From assembly GCA_005776585.1 (NCBI GenBank), contig SXOX01000044.1, forward strand, positions 22,418-86,417: DNA of 64,000 bases, given 5' to 3'. How positions within the stretch are numbered: the first letter of the stretch is position 1; each line of letters opens with the position of its first letter. Shown piece by piece: positions 27,664-38,090 of the stretch. The notes beneath the pieces are model-generated. The model worked only from the letters and a program-made list of their open reading frames with translations. It did no database searches and was not told where the DNA came from. The stretch is from Pseudomonadota bacterium (GTDB lineage: Bacteria > Myxococcota_A > UBA9042 > GCA-2863065). The translations under genes and the position numbers were made by a program.

Positions 27664-30219
27664 ATGAGCGTGAGTCGACATGGTGGATGGATGGTGGTGC
27701 TGGTCACGCTGAGCCAAGCCTGCGTGACCGGAGGCGGCGGCGGCAAGAAGGCCGCCGCGACGACGGGCAGCGGTGGCGCGGACTCGAACATCAGCTTCGG
27801 GACGAGTGATGGCGGCGGCACCGGGGTCAGCACGGACGCGACGGGTGGCGGAACCGCCGACGGGAGCACCGGTGGAGCCACGGGCGGAGGCGCGTGTCAG
27901 CCCGGCAAGAGCACGTGCGAGGGCAACAACAAGGTCCAGTGCACGCCCGCGGGCCAGTGGGGGGCGCCCGAGCCCTGCCCGGCCGGCACGGTCTGTGACT
28001 CGGGCGTCTGCCACGCCTGTCAGTCGGGCCAGCGCATCTGCCAGGGCCTCGACGTGCTCGAGTGCGGCGGCGACGGCCAGCTCAACAAGATCACGACCTG
28101 TCCGAGCGATCAGTTCTGCGTCAAGGGGCTCTGCGTCGCCTGCTCGCCGGGAACCAAGGAGTGTCGGGTGGGTGGCAACAACCTGTTCGAGACGTGGGAG
28201 TGCAAGGCCATCTCCGCCGAAGCTGCCGAGTGGCAGAAGACCGCGACCTGCCCCGATACGGCCGACTGCCAGCTCGGCATCTGTGTCGAGCCGTGCTCGT
28301 CGGACTTCAAGCTCAATACCAACCAAGGCTGTGACTACTACGCGGTGGATCTGGAGAACTCGACTCAGGAGGCTTTCAAGGACGGCCCGAGCGCCGCGAA
28401 CGCCCAATTCGCGGTCATCGTCTCGAATCCGTCGGCCAGCAAGGATCTCACGGTCACCGTGCACGAGACGTTCAAGGGGCCGGCCATCGTTACCAAGACG
28501 CTCAAGCCCAAGGGGCTCGAGATCATCAAGCTCGGGCCACGGAACGTGACTGGGACCGTCAAGGACTTCCTGGCGTGGCGGCTCAAGGGGGACAAGCCCT
28601 TCGTGGCCTATCAGTTCAATCCTCTGGACAACGTGAACCCGGTGTACTCGAACGACGCGACCATCCTCTTGCCCACCAACGCCGTCAACAAGGACTACCT
28701 CGTGATGACGGGCACGGGGGGCGGCGCGTTCCTCACGGTCGTTGGGACCAAGGCCGGGACGGAGGTCACCGTCACGGTTACCGCGACGACCGACGCCGGT
28801 GAGGGCATTCCAGAGTTGCTGCCAGGCGAGCACTTCCAAACGACGCTCGACGCAGGTCAGCTGCTGAACCTCCGCGCGACGCAGAAGCCAGGCCAGGGCG
28901 AGACGCTCACCGGCAGCCGGGTCGAGGCCTCCGCCAACGTCATGGTCTTTGCCGGCAACGTCGCCACCAGCACGGGCGAGCGCTGCTGCGCCGACCACCT
29001 CGAGATGCAGATGTTCCCGACGAGCACTTGGGGCACGACCTATGTCGCTGGCAAGTTCCAGCCCCGCGGTGTCGAGTCGGACCACTGGCGCATCCTGGCA
29101 GCGGAAGACGGCACGGAGGTCTCGTTCTCGGGCGGGGTCTCGAACCCCGTCACCTTGAACCGGGGCCAGTCCAAGGACATCGCCACGACCGCCGATTTCG
29201 TGATCACGGCCACCAAGCCCATCCTGGTGGGGCAATTCATGGCGTCCTCCTATGAGACGCTGCCGGAGGGAACGTTCTGCAAGACGAGCGCAGACTGCTC
29301 GAGCGGCGCGTGCTCTTCTGAGGATGGCAACGGCGAGTGCCTGGACACGTGTGACCCGGCACAGGCGGGCTGCCTCGCGCACGAGGCCTGCATCGACAAC
29401 AGCTACTTCTCCGACCAGGCCCCCAAGTCGGGCGGCTCCTGCTTCGGCCGCTTCTGCGGGGCCGGCTTCAAGGCGTGCGGCGCGACCGCCACGTGCGTGG
29501 TCCAGTCCGAGCCGCCAGGGATTTGCTACCAGACCTGCACCGGGGGCGGGATCGGCGCGTGCGGCAGCCAGGGCGAGTGCATCGAGGGCACGACCTTTGG
29601 CGACCTGTGCGTCCGCAAGGACTGCGCCTCGGCGGGCGACTGCGGAACGGGCTACTACTGCCTCCCGCCCGCGCCCGACAAGCCGACCGATCCCGGCCAG
29701 TGCGTCAAGAAGTGCACGCCATCGAACAATTGCCCCAAGTCCGGCTCCAAGTGCCTGCCCCCTGGGCTCGCCGCCAACGAGGCGATCAAGTCCGGTCTCT
29801 GTATCCCGCCGGAGTGTACGTCGGACGCTGACTGTGACTCCGGCCGCGCCTGCTACATCCCGCCAGGTGATCAGGCCGGCTACTGCACCGTCATTGGCGA
29901 TCCCACGTTCAGCTTGGCGGTCCCGGTCGAACAGTGGCGCAAGGACTACGTCTTCCTCACGCCCATCGCCTACTCGGTCAACTACATCAACGTCCTCGCG
30001 CCGACCTCCGCGTTCGTGCAGCTCGACGGCAAGGACGTGCCCGCTGCGAGCTTCAAGAACGTCGAGGGGACAAAGTACATGGTTGCGCGAGTGCCTGTGA
30101 AGGACGGAACGCACACGATCGCTGCCACCGAGGCCGTCAGCGTGATTGTGTACGGCTATCACAAGGACGTGTCCTACGGCTATCCGGCCGGGCTGAACCT
30201 CACCGAGCTCAAGAAGTAG
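27664..30219 (+). CDS. IgGFc-binding-domain lipoprotein with Cys-rich repeats
   Basis: Lipobox-like SQAC; GCDYYAVDLEN, AYQFNPL, SNDATILLP, DHLEMQMFP, GDP...VPVEQW and VSYGYPAG motifs. Confidence 0.85.
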   Translation: MSVSRHGGWMVVLVTLSQACVTGGGGGKKAAATTGSGGADSNISFGTSDGGGTGVSTDATGGGTADGSTGGATGGGACQPGKSTCEGNNKVQCTPAGQWGAPEPCPAGTVCDSGVCHACQSGQRICQGLDVLECGGDGQLNKITTCPSDQFCVKGLCVACSPGTKECRVGGNNLFETWECKAISAEAAEWQKTATCPDTADCQLGICVEPCSSDFKLNTNQGCDYYAVDLENSTQEAFKDGPSAANAQFAVIVSNPSASKDLTVTVHETFKGPAIVTKTLKPKGLEIIKLGPRNVTGTVKDFLAWRLKGDKPFVAYQFNPLDNVNPVYSNDATILLPTNAVNKDYLVMTGTGGGAFLTVVGTKAGTEVTVTVTATTDAGEGIPELLPGEHFQTTLDAGQLLNLRATQKPGQGETLTGSRVEASANVMVFAGNVATSTGERCCADHLEMQMFPTSTWGTTYVAGKFQPRGVESDHWRILAAEDGTEVSFSGGVSNPVTLNRGQSKDIATTADFVITATKPILVGQFMASSYETLPEGTFCKTSADCSSGACSSEDGNGECLDTCDPAQAGCLAHEACIDNSYFSDQAPKSGGSCFGRFCGAGFKACGATATCVVQSEPPGICYQTCTGGGIGACGSQGECIEGTTFGDLCVRKDCASAGDCGTGYYCLPPAPDKPTDPGQCVKKCTPSNNCPKSGSKCLPPGLAANEAIKSGLCIPPECTSDADCDSGRACYIPPGDQAGYCTVIGDPTFSLAVPVEQWRKDYVFLTPIAYSVNYINVLAPTSAFVQLDGKDVPAASFKNVEGTKYMVARVPVKDGTHTIAATEAVSVIVYGYHKDVSYGYPAGLNLTELKK

Positions 30220-30232
30220 CCAGAGTTACTAC

Positions 30233-33166
30233 ATGAGTCGCACGGCCATCATCGAGGCCGCGATCCGCGAGGCCGCCGGTGGGGCCGTGTGGTCGCGAGG
30301 AGTCGCGCTGCTCCGGGCCGCGCGCGTCGCCATCGAGAGCGACGACGGGGACGCCATCAAGCTGCGCGTTGCGGCGCCGGGCACCGTTCTTGCGCCGTCG
30401 GTGACGCTGTTCACCGAGGACGTCGACGAGCCCGACTGGACCTGCTCCTGTAAGCCCCGCGAGGCCGCGTGTGAGCATGCAGTTGCGGCGGTGCTGTGGC
30501 TCGGGCGGGACGCAGTGGGGACGGCGGCCGCTAACGCCACTGTCGCACGAATCATGTACCGCCTCGTGCGCCACAGCGGCGCTCTCGCGCTCGACCGACT
30601 GCGTACCGGCGAGCCTGAGACGCGTCTCATGGGCTCGGTCATCAAGCTCGCGGCCGAGGCTGCGGGCGCGGCGCTCGCCATCACGGAGCTCGACATCGAA
30701 ATCGAGCGGCTCGTGGGCCTCCGGTTCCCCGCCGCGATCGTCGAGCCGTTCACTGGGCGACTGCTGCGGCTCTTGGGGCGCGCCGACGGGTTGACGCTCG
30801 ACGGACGGTCCGTGTCCGTTTCGAACACCGTCGTCGGGTGGCAGACGTTGGTGGAGGACGCGCCGAATGGCGGCTTTCACCTCCGAGTCCGGCCGGATCC
30901 CTCCATCTCGGAGGTCTTCACGGGCGGTCTCGCGCTGTGCGGGGACGTCCTGCGACCCCGCAGCGATGCGAGCCTGGGCTCCCGAGAGCAGGATCTCCGC
31001 TCTCGGGACGGACGCACGCTACCCCGCGACGCCGTCGCCGAGCTCGTGACCGAGCTGCTGCCTAGCCTGCGCGAGCGGATGCCCGTCGTCGTGCGGTCGA
31101 CCCGACTGCCGCGTACCGAGCGCCTGGACCCGGCGCTCGACCTGCGAGTCCGCACCGTCGGACACGAGCTGGAGGTGCTCGCCACGCTGGTCTACGGCAC
31201 GCCGCCGGTTGCGCGTATCGACGACGGCAGGGTGGTACCGCTCGGGCGCTCCGAGGTCATCCCGCTGCGTGACCGAGACGCAGAGGTCCGGCTCGTCGCG
31301 CGGCTCGGCCGCGAGCTCGACCTGACGTGTGGCCACGTGCGGCGTTATTCCGGGCAAGACGCAGTCGGGATGGCCGCCCGCCTCGAGCGCTTTGGTACGA
31401 GCGGGCCGGCGCTGGCGGACTTTCGCGTGCGCGGCGTGCTCTCGGCGGCTGTCTCGGTCCTCGACGATGGCGTGGCCATCGATTTTCAGCTCGACGGCGA
31501 CATGAGCACGCCACAGCGCGCGGAGAACGCCGCCGTCCTGTCCGCCTGGCGCGAGGGCGCCTCGCTCGTCCCGCTGCTCGATGGTGGCTGGGCGGCGCTG
31601 CCGGCAGACTGGCTCGCCCGCTTCGGAGACGTGCTCGGGACGCTGCTGTCCGCGCGCGATGTGACCGGCGCGGCGCGAGGCCTGCATGCGGCGCGCCTCT
31701 GCCGCGCGCTCGACGTGCCCGTGCCGGTGGCGCTCCGGCCGCTCGAACAGCTGCTCGACGGCTTCGTCGGCCTGCCGGACCCGGTGCTTCCGCCGGACTT
31801 TCGGGCCACGCTGCGGCCCTATCAACATGACGGCGTCCGTTGGCTGGCCTTTGCGCGCGACGCCGGCCTCGGCGTGCTGCTCGCCGACGACATGGGCCTC
31901 GGCAAGACGATTCAGGCCATGGCGGTGCTCCCACGCCGCACTCTGATCGTGGCGCCAACGAGCGTGATGGTGAACTGGGAGGCCGAGCTCGCGCGGTTTC
32001 GGCCCGAGGTCCGCGTCTCGGTCTATCACGGCCCCCGTCGGGTGCTCGAGCCGCAGGCGGACGTCACGCTCACGACCTACGCCCTGCTCCGCCTGGACGC
32101 GGAGGTGCTATCCAGGGCGCGCTGGGAGTGTCTGATCCTCGATGAGGCCCAGGCCATCAAGAACCCGTCGAGCCAGGTCGCGCAGGCAGCCTTCGACGTG
32201 GGCGCCTCGGCGCGCTGGCGGCTCGTGATGACAGGGACGCCGGTCGAGAACCGGCTGGAAGAGCTCTGGAGCGAGCTGCGGTTCTTGAACCCAGGCTGGC
32301 TCGGAACCCGCTCGGAGTTCGACGAGCGCTTTGCCCGGCCGATCGCCTCGGGCGACTCGGGCGCCGCGGCGCGGCTGCGTGACGCCATCCGACCTCTGGT
32401 ACTCCGTCGCAAGAAGCGCGACGTGCTCCAGGACCTGCCGCCGCGCTCGGATCACGTGGTGCCCTGTGTCCTGTCCGACGAGGAGCGCACGACCTACGAC
32501 GCGATGAAGCTGCTGGCCCGAGACGAGGTCCTCTCGCGGCTCGACAGTGTCGACGGTAAGCAGGGCAACATGATTCAAGCGCTCGAGGCGCTGCTCCGGC
32601 TCCGCCAGGCCGCCACCCATCGCGGGCTCCTCCCAGGGCACGGCGACGTCGTCGCCTCCGCGAAGCTCGAGGCGCTACTGACGCTGCTCGAGGAGGCCGT
32701 GGCGGACGGTCACAAGGCGCTGGTGTTCTCGCAATGGACGCGCCTATTGGACCTGGTCGAGCCGGCGTTGCGCGCCTCCGAGCTGGAGTTCACGCGCCTC
32801 GACGGTCAGACGGCAGATAGGGCTGGCGTCGTGGCGCGGTTTCAGTCGGAGGACGGGCCACCCGTCATGCTCCTGTCGCTCAAGGCGGGTGGCGTCGGCA
32901 TCAACCTCACGGCCGCCGATCACGTCATCCTGCTCGATCCGTGGTGGAACCCCGCCGTGGAGGACCAGGCCGCGGACCGCGCGCACCGCATCGGTCAGAC
33001 GCGACCGGTGATGGTGCATCGACTCGTGGCGAAAGACACGGTCGAAGAACGCATCCTCGCGCTCCAAGACGAGAAGCGCGCCTTGGTCGCCGCCGCGCTC
33101 GGTGAGGGCGCCGTGACTGGCGCTCTGGCGCTCACCCGCGACGACCTGCGTGCGCTGTTCGATTAG
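30233..33166 (+). CDS. SWIM zinc-finger SNF2-family helicase
   Basis: CSC...CEH SWIM; LADDMGLGKT, ILDEAQAIKN, TGTPVEN, SLKAGGVGINL and QAADRAHRIGQ. Confidence 0.95.
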   Translation: MSRTAIIEAAIREAAGGAVWSRGVALLRAARVAIESDDGDAIKLRVAAPGTVLAPSVTLFTEDVDEPDWTCSCKPREAACEHAVAAVLWLGRDAVGTAAANATVARIMYRLVRHSGALALDRLRTGEPETRLMGSVIKLAAEAAGAALAITELDIEIERLVGLRFPAAIVEPFTGRLLRLLGRADGLTLDGRSVSVSNTVVGWQTLVEDAPNGGFHLRVRPDPSISEVFTGGLALCGDVLRPRSDASLGSREQDLRSRDGRTLPRDAVAELVTELLPSLRERMPVVVRSTRLPRTERLDPALDLRVRTVGHELEVLATLVYGTPPVARIDDGRVVPLGRSEVIPLRDRDAEVRLVARLGRELDLTCGHVRRYSGQDAVGMAARLERFGTSGPALADFRVRGVLSAAVSVLDDGVAIDFQLDGDMSTPQRAENAAVLSAWREGASLVPLLDGGWAALPADWLARFGDVLGTLLSARDVTGAARGLHAARLCRALDVPVPVALRPLEQLLDGFVGLPDPVLPPDFRATLRPYQHDGVRWLAFARDAGLGVLLADDMGLGKTIQAMAVLPRRTLIVAPTSVMVNWEAELARFRPEVRVSVYHGPRRVLEPQADVTLTTYALLRLDAEVLSRARWECLILDEAQAIKNPSSQVAQAAFDVGASARWRLVMTGTPVENRLEELWSELRFLNPGWLGTRSEFDERFARPIASGDSGAAARLRDAIRPLVLRRKKRDVLQDLPPRSDHVVPCVLSDEERTTYDAMKLLARDEVLSRLDSVDGKQGNMIQALEALLRLRQAATHRGLLPGHGDVVASAKLEALLTLLEEAVADGHKALVFSQWTRLLDLVEPALRASELEFTRLDGQTADRAGVVARFQSEDGPPVMLLSLKAGGVGINLTAADHVILLDPWWNPAVEDQAADRAHRIGQTRPVMVHRLVAKDTVEERILALQDEKRALVAAALGEGAVTGALALTRDDLRALFD

Positions 33167-34482
33167 CCGGCCGGCTCGGTGACGCGCTGGACCGTCGCGA
33201 TGATCTTCTGCACGACGACCGCCATCGACGGCTCGGCCGCGTCCGGGATCTCGGTCTGGACGATGGCGAGGGACTCGGCGAGGCCAATGAACATGCTCGC
33301 CGTCGCGTGGTCCTCACGAAAGCCGGTGTCGACCCAGCTCCAGGGCAGGCCGTTGAAGAACCCGTGACCGACCGGCATGTCGCTGTCCATACGAATGCGG
33401 AGCTTCTCGGCCAGGATGTGCGTCTTGTGGGCTGAGAACGGCCCCTCGTTGGCGAATCGGATGCGCACACGCGGACCGCCCGGCCCAGGCCAGATGACCC
33501 AGCGGTCGTCTTGGGCCGTCACCCACCACTCCGGCGGCGTCCGGAGCGTGAGGGGTCCGACACGGTGCTCCTGCCATTCGGCGACCCGGTCGGACGCGAG
33601 CCCGACGTCGAGGTAGCGAATATCGCCCGGCTCGCCGACGGCAAAGAGCCGCTCCGTGAGGGGCACGCCCTCGGGCACGTCCGCCGCGAAGTCCTCCCAG
33701 CCGACGCCGACCATGCGCGACGCCGCCTCCTTGTCCTTGAGGTCGCAGAAGAGGACCGTGTCCGTTCGCGGCGCCATCGCGAGGATGCGCTTGACGGGAC
33801 CCTCGGCGACCTTGGTGACGGCCGTGGCCATGCGCCGGTGCGCCTCGTTGGCGAGCAGCAGCGCGGGCGCGATGCGATCGCACTGAAACTTGAGGATCCG
33901 GCGGTCGACCGGATCGTCGCCGAACGTCGAGAGTCGGATGCGCGAGAAGACGCCGGGGAGGGTGTCGATCCCAGCGGTAAACGCGCTCTCGAGGTTGAGG
34001 CCCAGGGCCCCGATGTCGCGCGCAAAGACGTGTCTCGGCGCGTCGATGCCCACGAACAGCTCGATGCGCAACCCGGGCAGCCAGGGCTTCGACACCGCCA
34101 GGAGGCTGGGATGTGGCGTGGCCTCGCGGATGAGCGCGTCCTCGATGGGCGCGTCCGGAACGAGCGCCGGGACCAGCTCCGCAACCGCCGACGCATCCAG
34201 CGGAGGAGCGCTGTTGGCCTGAACACGTGAGGCCACGAGCGAGCAGAAGCTGCCGGCGATGCTGCCCCAGTTGCGGCGATCCTCGGCGTAGCACGCCTTC
34301 GTCAGCGCATCGAGGCCGATCTCGCCGTCGAGACCGTCGGTCTCGAGGCGCAGCTTGTCGCCCTTGGCGGAGACCTTGGCGTCCGGGAGGACCTCCCGAA
34401 GATGGTCGCGAACCTTGACCGCAAGCGATCGCTTGAGCTTGTTGAACTCCATGTCGACTCGGGCCACCCTTTCACGCGTCAC
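33163..34482 (-). CDS. Hypothetical protein (weak DUF1444-like resemblance)
   Basis: 439-aa ORF with genome-like codon bias, convergent on the SNF2 gene; start may instead be the internal ATG (MEFNK). Confidence 0.65.
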   Translation of the reverse strand: MTRERVARVDMEFNKLKRSLAVKVRDHLREVLPDAKVSAKGDKLRLETDGLDGEIGLDALTKACYAEDRRNWGSIAGSFCSLVASRVQANSAPPLDASAVAELVPALVPDAPIEDALIREATPHPSLLAVSKPWLPGLRIELFVGIDAPRHVFARDIGALGLNLESAFTAGIDTLPGVFSRIRLSTFGDDPVDRRILKFQCDRIAPALLLANEAHRRMATAVTKVAEGPVKRILAMAPRTDTVLFCDLKDKEAASRMVGVGWEDFAADVPEGVPLTERLFAVGEPGDIRYLDVGLASDRVAEWQEHRVGPLTLRTPPEWWVTAQDDRWVIWPGPGGPRVRIRFANEGPFSAHKTHILAEKLRIRMDSDMPVGHGFFNGLPWSWVDTGFREDHATASMFIGLAESLAIVQTEIPDAAEPSMAVVVQKIIATVQRVTEPAG

Positions 34483-34558
34483 GGCGCCACGGCGGACGGC
34501 ATGGTAGCAAAGGACCTCGGGGAGCGACAGTGGCTCTCTTCACGGAAGAAAGCGAGCG

Positions 34559-35203
34559 GTGATGGAGCTGGACGTTCGGTTCGTCGACAATCACGTGCTC
34601 GTGGTGCGCAAGCCGCCCGGGATGCCGACCCAGGAAGATGAGAGCCGAGACCTCGATCTCGTGAGCCTCGCCAAGGCGTGGGTCAAGTTGCGCTTCGACA
34701 AGCCCGGCGCCGTGTTCGTCGGATTGGTGCACCGGCTGGACCGTCCGGTCGGCGGCCTCCTCGTGCTCGCTCGGACCTCCAAGGGTGCCGCACGCCTCTC
34801 GGAGCAGCTGCGGGCGCACGGCCTCGAGAAGCGCTACCTCGCGGTCGTTCACGGGCACGTCCCGGGGGACACGCACCGCCTCGACCTCCCGCTCGATGGC
34901 CAGGTCGCGCTGACGGAGGTCTGCGTGCTCGGGCGCGGCACGTCCGCGTGCGGGCCGGTCACCGAGCTCGACGTGCGCATCGTCACAGGTCGCAAGCATC
35001 AGATCCGCCGCCATCTGGCGGGGCTCGGACACCCGATCGTGGGCGACTTCCGCTACGGCTCCAAGACGCCGCTTCCCGGTCGGCGCATCGCGCTCGAGGC
35101 CGTGCTGTTGGTGTTTCGTCACCCGACCAAGGACGAGGTGCTGCGCTTCACCTCCGAGCGACCGGCGGACTTCCCCGAGGTTCAGGGCACCCAGCGCGCG
35201 TAG
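34559..35203 (+). CDS. RluA-family RNA pseudouridine synthase
   Basis: KPPG, VHRLDRPVGG (catalytic Asp), TGRKHQIR and GHPIVGD..YG. Confidence 0.93.
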   Translation: MMELDVRFVDNHVLVVRKPPGMPTQEDESRDLDLVSLAKAWVKLRFDKPGAVFVGLVHRLDRPVGGLLVLARTSKGAARLSEQLRAHGLEKRYLAVVHGHVPGDTHRLDLPLDGQVALTEVCVLGRGTSACGPVTELDVRIVTGRKHQIRRHLAGLGHPIVGDFRYGSKTPLPGRRIALEAVLLVFRHPTKDEVLRFTSERPADFPEVQGTQRA

Positions 35204-36030
35204 ACGCCGGCGGCAAGCACGTCTTCGGAGCGCGCCTGCCGGTGCACCATCTCGCCGTCCACGATGTGTCCGCCGCGCCGTCGGAGGAGCGGCCGGAGGA
35301 GGTTGCGGAGGACCGAGCTCGTCACGCCGGGCGTGTGCGCCGACAGCAGGACGAAGCGTGGCGACGTGGACAGCAGCCCGTCTAAGTCGTCGATGAGCGG
35401 GACGAGGTCCTGCTCGATCTTCCAGACGGAGCCCTGGGGTCCCCGGCCAAACGTCGGAGGATCCAGGATGACCGCGTCGTACCGCGTGCCACGGCGAAGC
35501 TCGCGTCGCACGAACTTTACGGCGTCATCAACAATCCAACGGGCACCCTTGGGGAAGCCGGACTTCTCTGCACAGCGCCGCGCCCAATCGACGACTCCGG
35601 GAGCCGCATCGACATGCGTCACCCGCGCACCGCCGGAGAGCGCGGCCAAAGTCGAGCCGCCCGTGTAGGCGAAGAGGTTCAGGACGCTCGCGCCATCGCC
35701 CGCCGTCTCGCGGATCCAGGGCCACTGCGCCTGCTGCTCGGCGAAGAACCCGACGTGCCCGAACTGCGTCAGCCGCACCTCGAAGGTGAGCTCCTCGATG
35801 CGCACGTCCCACGATTCGGGAACCTTCCGCCGAAAGGTCCATTCTCCGGGCCCTTGGTCGTGCCGATAGTGGGCGGCGTGCACGAGCGGGCCCCAGTCGT
35901 CGATCGCGGGCCGCCAGAAGGCCTGCGCGCACTGACGTGACAGGACGACCGGACCGAGGCGTTCGAGCTTCAGCTCGCGTCCGCTATCGATGACTTCGTA
36001 GTCAGCCGAGCCGGCGGCGACGAGCTCCAC
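35182..36030 (-). CDS. Class I SAM-dependent methyltransferase (RlmI/RlmK-like)
   Basis: DYEVIDSG..LKLER.G, FGHVGFF.EQ, VLNLFAYTGG and ILDPPTFGRG. Confidence 0.9.
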   Translation of the reverse strand: MELVAAGSADYEVIDSGRELKLERLGPVVLSRQCAQAFWRPAIDDWGPLVHAAHYRHDQGPGEWTFRRKVPESWDVRIEELTFEVRLTQFGHVGFFAEQQAQWPWIRETAGDGASVLNLFAYTGGSTLAALSGGARVTHVDAAPGVVDWARRCAEKSGFPKGARWIVDDAVKFVRRELRRGTRYDAVILDPPTFGRGPQGSVWKIEQDLVPLIDDLDGLLSTSPRFVLLSAHTPGVTSSVLRNLLRPLLRRRGGHIVDGEMVHRQARSEDVLAAGVYARWVP

Positions 36031-36052
36031 GCGTGACTCCTTGGAGACGAGA

Positions 36053-36082
36053 ACGCCCCGGAGGGCAGGCCATCCGGGGCGT
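36053..36082 (-). terminator. GC-rich hairpin downstream of tRNA-Phe (putative terminator or processing stem)
   Basis: ACGCCCCGGA / TCCGGGGCGT 10-bp stem; only a weak U-tract follows. Confidence 0.5.
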
Positions 36083-36098
36083 CAGGTGCGGATTCCAG

Positions 36099-36174
36099 TG
36101 GTGCTCGGGGACAGAATTGAACTGTCGACACCACGATTTTCAGTCGTGTGCTCTACCAACTGAGCTACCCGAGC
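36099..36174 (-). tRNA. tRNA-Phe(GAA)
   Basis: Reverse complement GCTCGGGTAGCTCAGTTGGTAGAGCACACGACTGAAAATCGTGGTGTCGACAGTTCAATTCTGTCCCCGAGCACCA: 76-nt cloverleaf, GAA anticodon, encoded CCA. Confidence 0.97.
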
Positions 36175-36212
36175 AAGTCGGTCCTGTTGGGACGCGCCCA
36201 ACAGCGGCGCGG

Positions 36213-36240
36213 ATGATAGCCACCGCGCGAGGGCTGTCAA
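36213..36240 (-). promoter_or_regulatory. Sigma70-type promoter of tRNA-Phe
   Basis: TTGACA-N16-TATCAT on the minus strand about 40 nt upstream of the tRNA; a CTGTTGGG/CCCAACAG hairpin lies in the leader. Confidence 0.75.
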
Positions 36241-36255
36241 GCGTGGCGAGCGAGC

Positions 36256-36720
36256 CTACTTCACTGCGCCGCCGGTCTCTCCCTTGTCTTCGGCCGGCTT
36301 GGGCTCGTCCGTCTTGGGCGGGTCCTTCTTGGGTGCTGCGGCCTTCTCGAACTTGACGACCAGCGTCGCGATGAGCCGGGCCTCCTTGCCCTTGATGCGC
36401 TTGACCTTGAAGAGCTTCTTGTCGGTCGTAAACCGCGCCGTCGCCAGCTCCGGATTGGAGGGGCGGAGCTCGAACTCCCACGGCTTCTCGACGTCGGTCA
36501 CGCGAATGATGAGCTTGAAGCCGTTGTCCGCGAACTCGTGGTCCTCGAACTCCGAGCCCTCATGAAACGGCTTGGCGTAGTCGGTGCCTTTCAGCGTGAC
36601 CCAGATCTCGCCAGGCTGGGCGTCCGCCCACGCGGCGGTCGGCAGTACGGTAGCGGCGATGACACTGGCTGCGAACAAGGCGCCGCCAAGGACTGCGGTC
36701 TTCGAGCTGAGCTGGAACAT
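36256..36720 (-). CDS. Hypothetical secreted protein
   Basis: AGGAGG before ATG 36720; signal peptide ending AWA; K/P/E-rich tail. Confidence 0.75.
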   Translation of the reverse strand: MFQLSSKTAVLGGALFAASVIAATVLPTAAWADAQPGEIWVTLKGTDYAKPFHEGSEFEDHEFADNGFKLIIRVTDVEKPWEFELRPSNPELATARFTTDKKLFKVKRIKGKEARLIATLVVKFEKAAAPKKDPPKTDEPKPAEDKGETGGAVK

Positions 36721-36863
36721 GGGTCCTCCTGGTTGTCGGCAGCGCCGCGAGCGCCGCCTTGGGTGAATGATAAACCGGGCTTCCGTGACGGTCGAGCAAA
36801 GCACACCGGCAGGGCTCGGTGAAACAACGGCAGTGGCCCGTCGAAAATTGCGCGCGGCGAGGG

Positions 36864-38090
36864 TCAGTCACGACCCGGCCCCCGAACGACGCGCCCGGAC
36901 GCGACGACGGCGTGAATCCGCGCGCGCCCGAAGCGATAGGGCAGCTCGACCTCGGACGCAGCGTCGAGCACCACGAGATCGGCGGGGCCTCCGACGGCGA
37001 TGCGGCCCCGATCGGTGGCGCCGAGGGCCAGCGCGGCGCTGCGCGTTACACCGATGATGGCCTCCTCGGGCGTCATGCCGAGGCGCGCGCAGGCGAGCGT
37101 CGTCATGAGCGGCAGATCGTCGCAGGGGCACGTGCCCGGGTTCAGGTCCGTCGAGAGCGCGACGGGTACGCCTGCGTCCAGCAGCTTGCGGGCAGGCGGC
37201 ACCTCGGGCTGCCGCAGGAAGAGCGTGGCCCCCGGAAGCAACACCGCCGCGGTATGGCTTGAGGCGGCGAGGCAGGCGACGTCGTCGTCGGTCGCGTGCT
37301 CCAGATGATCGACGCTCGCCGCACCCAGCTCGACGCCGAGGCGAGTCGCGCCGGTGTGCGACCGTTGCTCCGCATGGAGCTTGGGTCGCAGACCATGGTC
37401 GAGGCCGACCTCCAGCACCCGGCGCGCTTCGGTGAGCGTGAAGGCCGACCGCTCGCAGAAGACGTCGTTGAACACGGCCAGCCCTTCGGCAGCCACGGCT
37501 GGGATGAGCTCGTCGCACAGGATCGCGAGGTACGTCGCTCGATCGACGCCCGCGGGCACCACGTGCGCTCCGAGCAGGGTGGGGACGACGTTCACGGCGT
37601 GGGCACGTTGCAAGCGACGCACCACGCGGAGCAGCCGCAGCTCGCTCTCGACGTCCAAGCCGTAGCCGCTCTTGATCTCGACAGTCGTCACGCCATGGTC
37701 GAGGAACGTGTCGAGGCGGCGCATGGCGTCGCGAAAAAGCGTGTCGTCAGAGGCCGCGCGCGTTTGAGTCACCGTCGACTGGATGCCGCCTCCGCACGCG
37801 GCGAGCTCTTCGTAGGTCGCCCCCGCACAGCGCGCGGCGTATTCGGCGGCGCGGTCACCACCAAAGACCAGGTGCGTGTGGGCATCGACGAGCCCGGGAA
37901 GCACGACGCCACCGCGCGCGTCGAGCCAGTCGGTCGGCTCAGCGGCGTCAGACATTGGCTGGGTGCCGTCCGGGCCAAGCCACAGGACGCGCGCGCCGTC
38001 ACACACGAGCGCCGCGCGCTCGAGTACGCCGAGGCCCGGCGGCTCGAGGGTGAGCAGGCGACCAATGCCCGTGATGAGGAGCCGTGACAT
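36864..38090 (-). CDS. hutI: Imidazolonepropionase
   Basis: PGLVDAHTHLVFGG.R..E, GGGI.STV, GVTTVEIKSGYGL, LGAH, DVFCE, KLHAEQ, DHLE and STDLNPG. The longer ORF-track N-terminus is antisense to the next gene. Confidence 0.93.
   Translation of the reverse strand: MSRLLITGIGRLLTLEPPGLGVLERAALVCDGARVLWLGPDGTQPMSDAAEPTDWLDARGGVVLPGLVDAHTHLVFGGDRAAEYAARCAGATYEELAACGGGIQSTVTQTRAASDDTLFRDAMRRLDTFLDHGVTTVEIKSGYGLDVESELRLLRVVRRLQRAHAVNVVPTLLGAHVVPAGVDRATYLAILCDELIPAVAAEGLAVFNDVFCERSAFTLTEARRVLEVGLDHGLRPKLHAEQRSHTGATRLGVELGAASVDHLEHATDDDVACLAASSHTAAVLLPGATLFLRQPEVPPARKLLDAGVPVALSTDLNPGTCPCDDLPLMTTLACARLGMTPEEAIIGVTRSAALALGATDRGRIAVGGPADLVVLDAASEVELPYRFGRARIHAVVASGRVVRGPGRD

Noticed and set aside
36053..36174. 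tRNA-Phe as an integration site for a genomic island
   Set aside because: No integrase and no duplicated tRNA 3' end seen; the flanking genes look like core genes.
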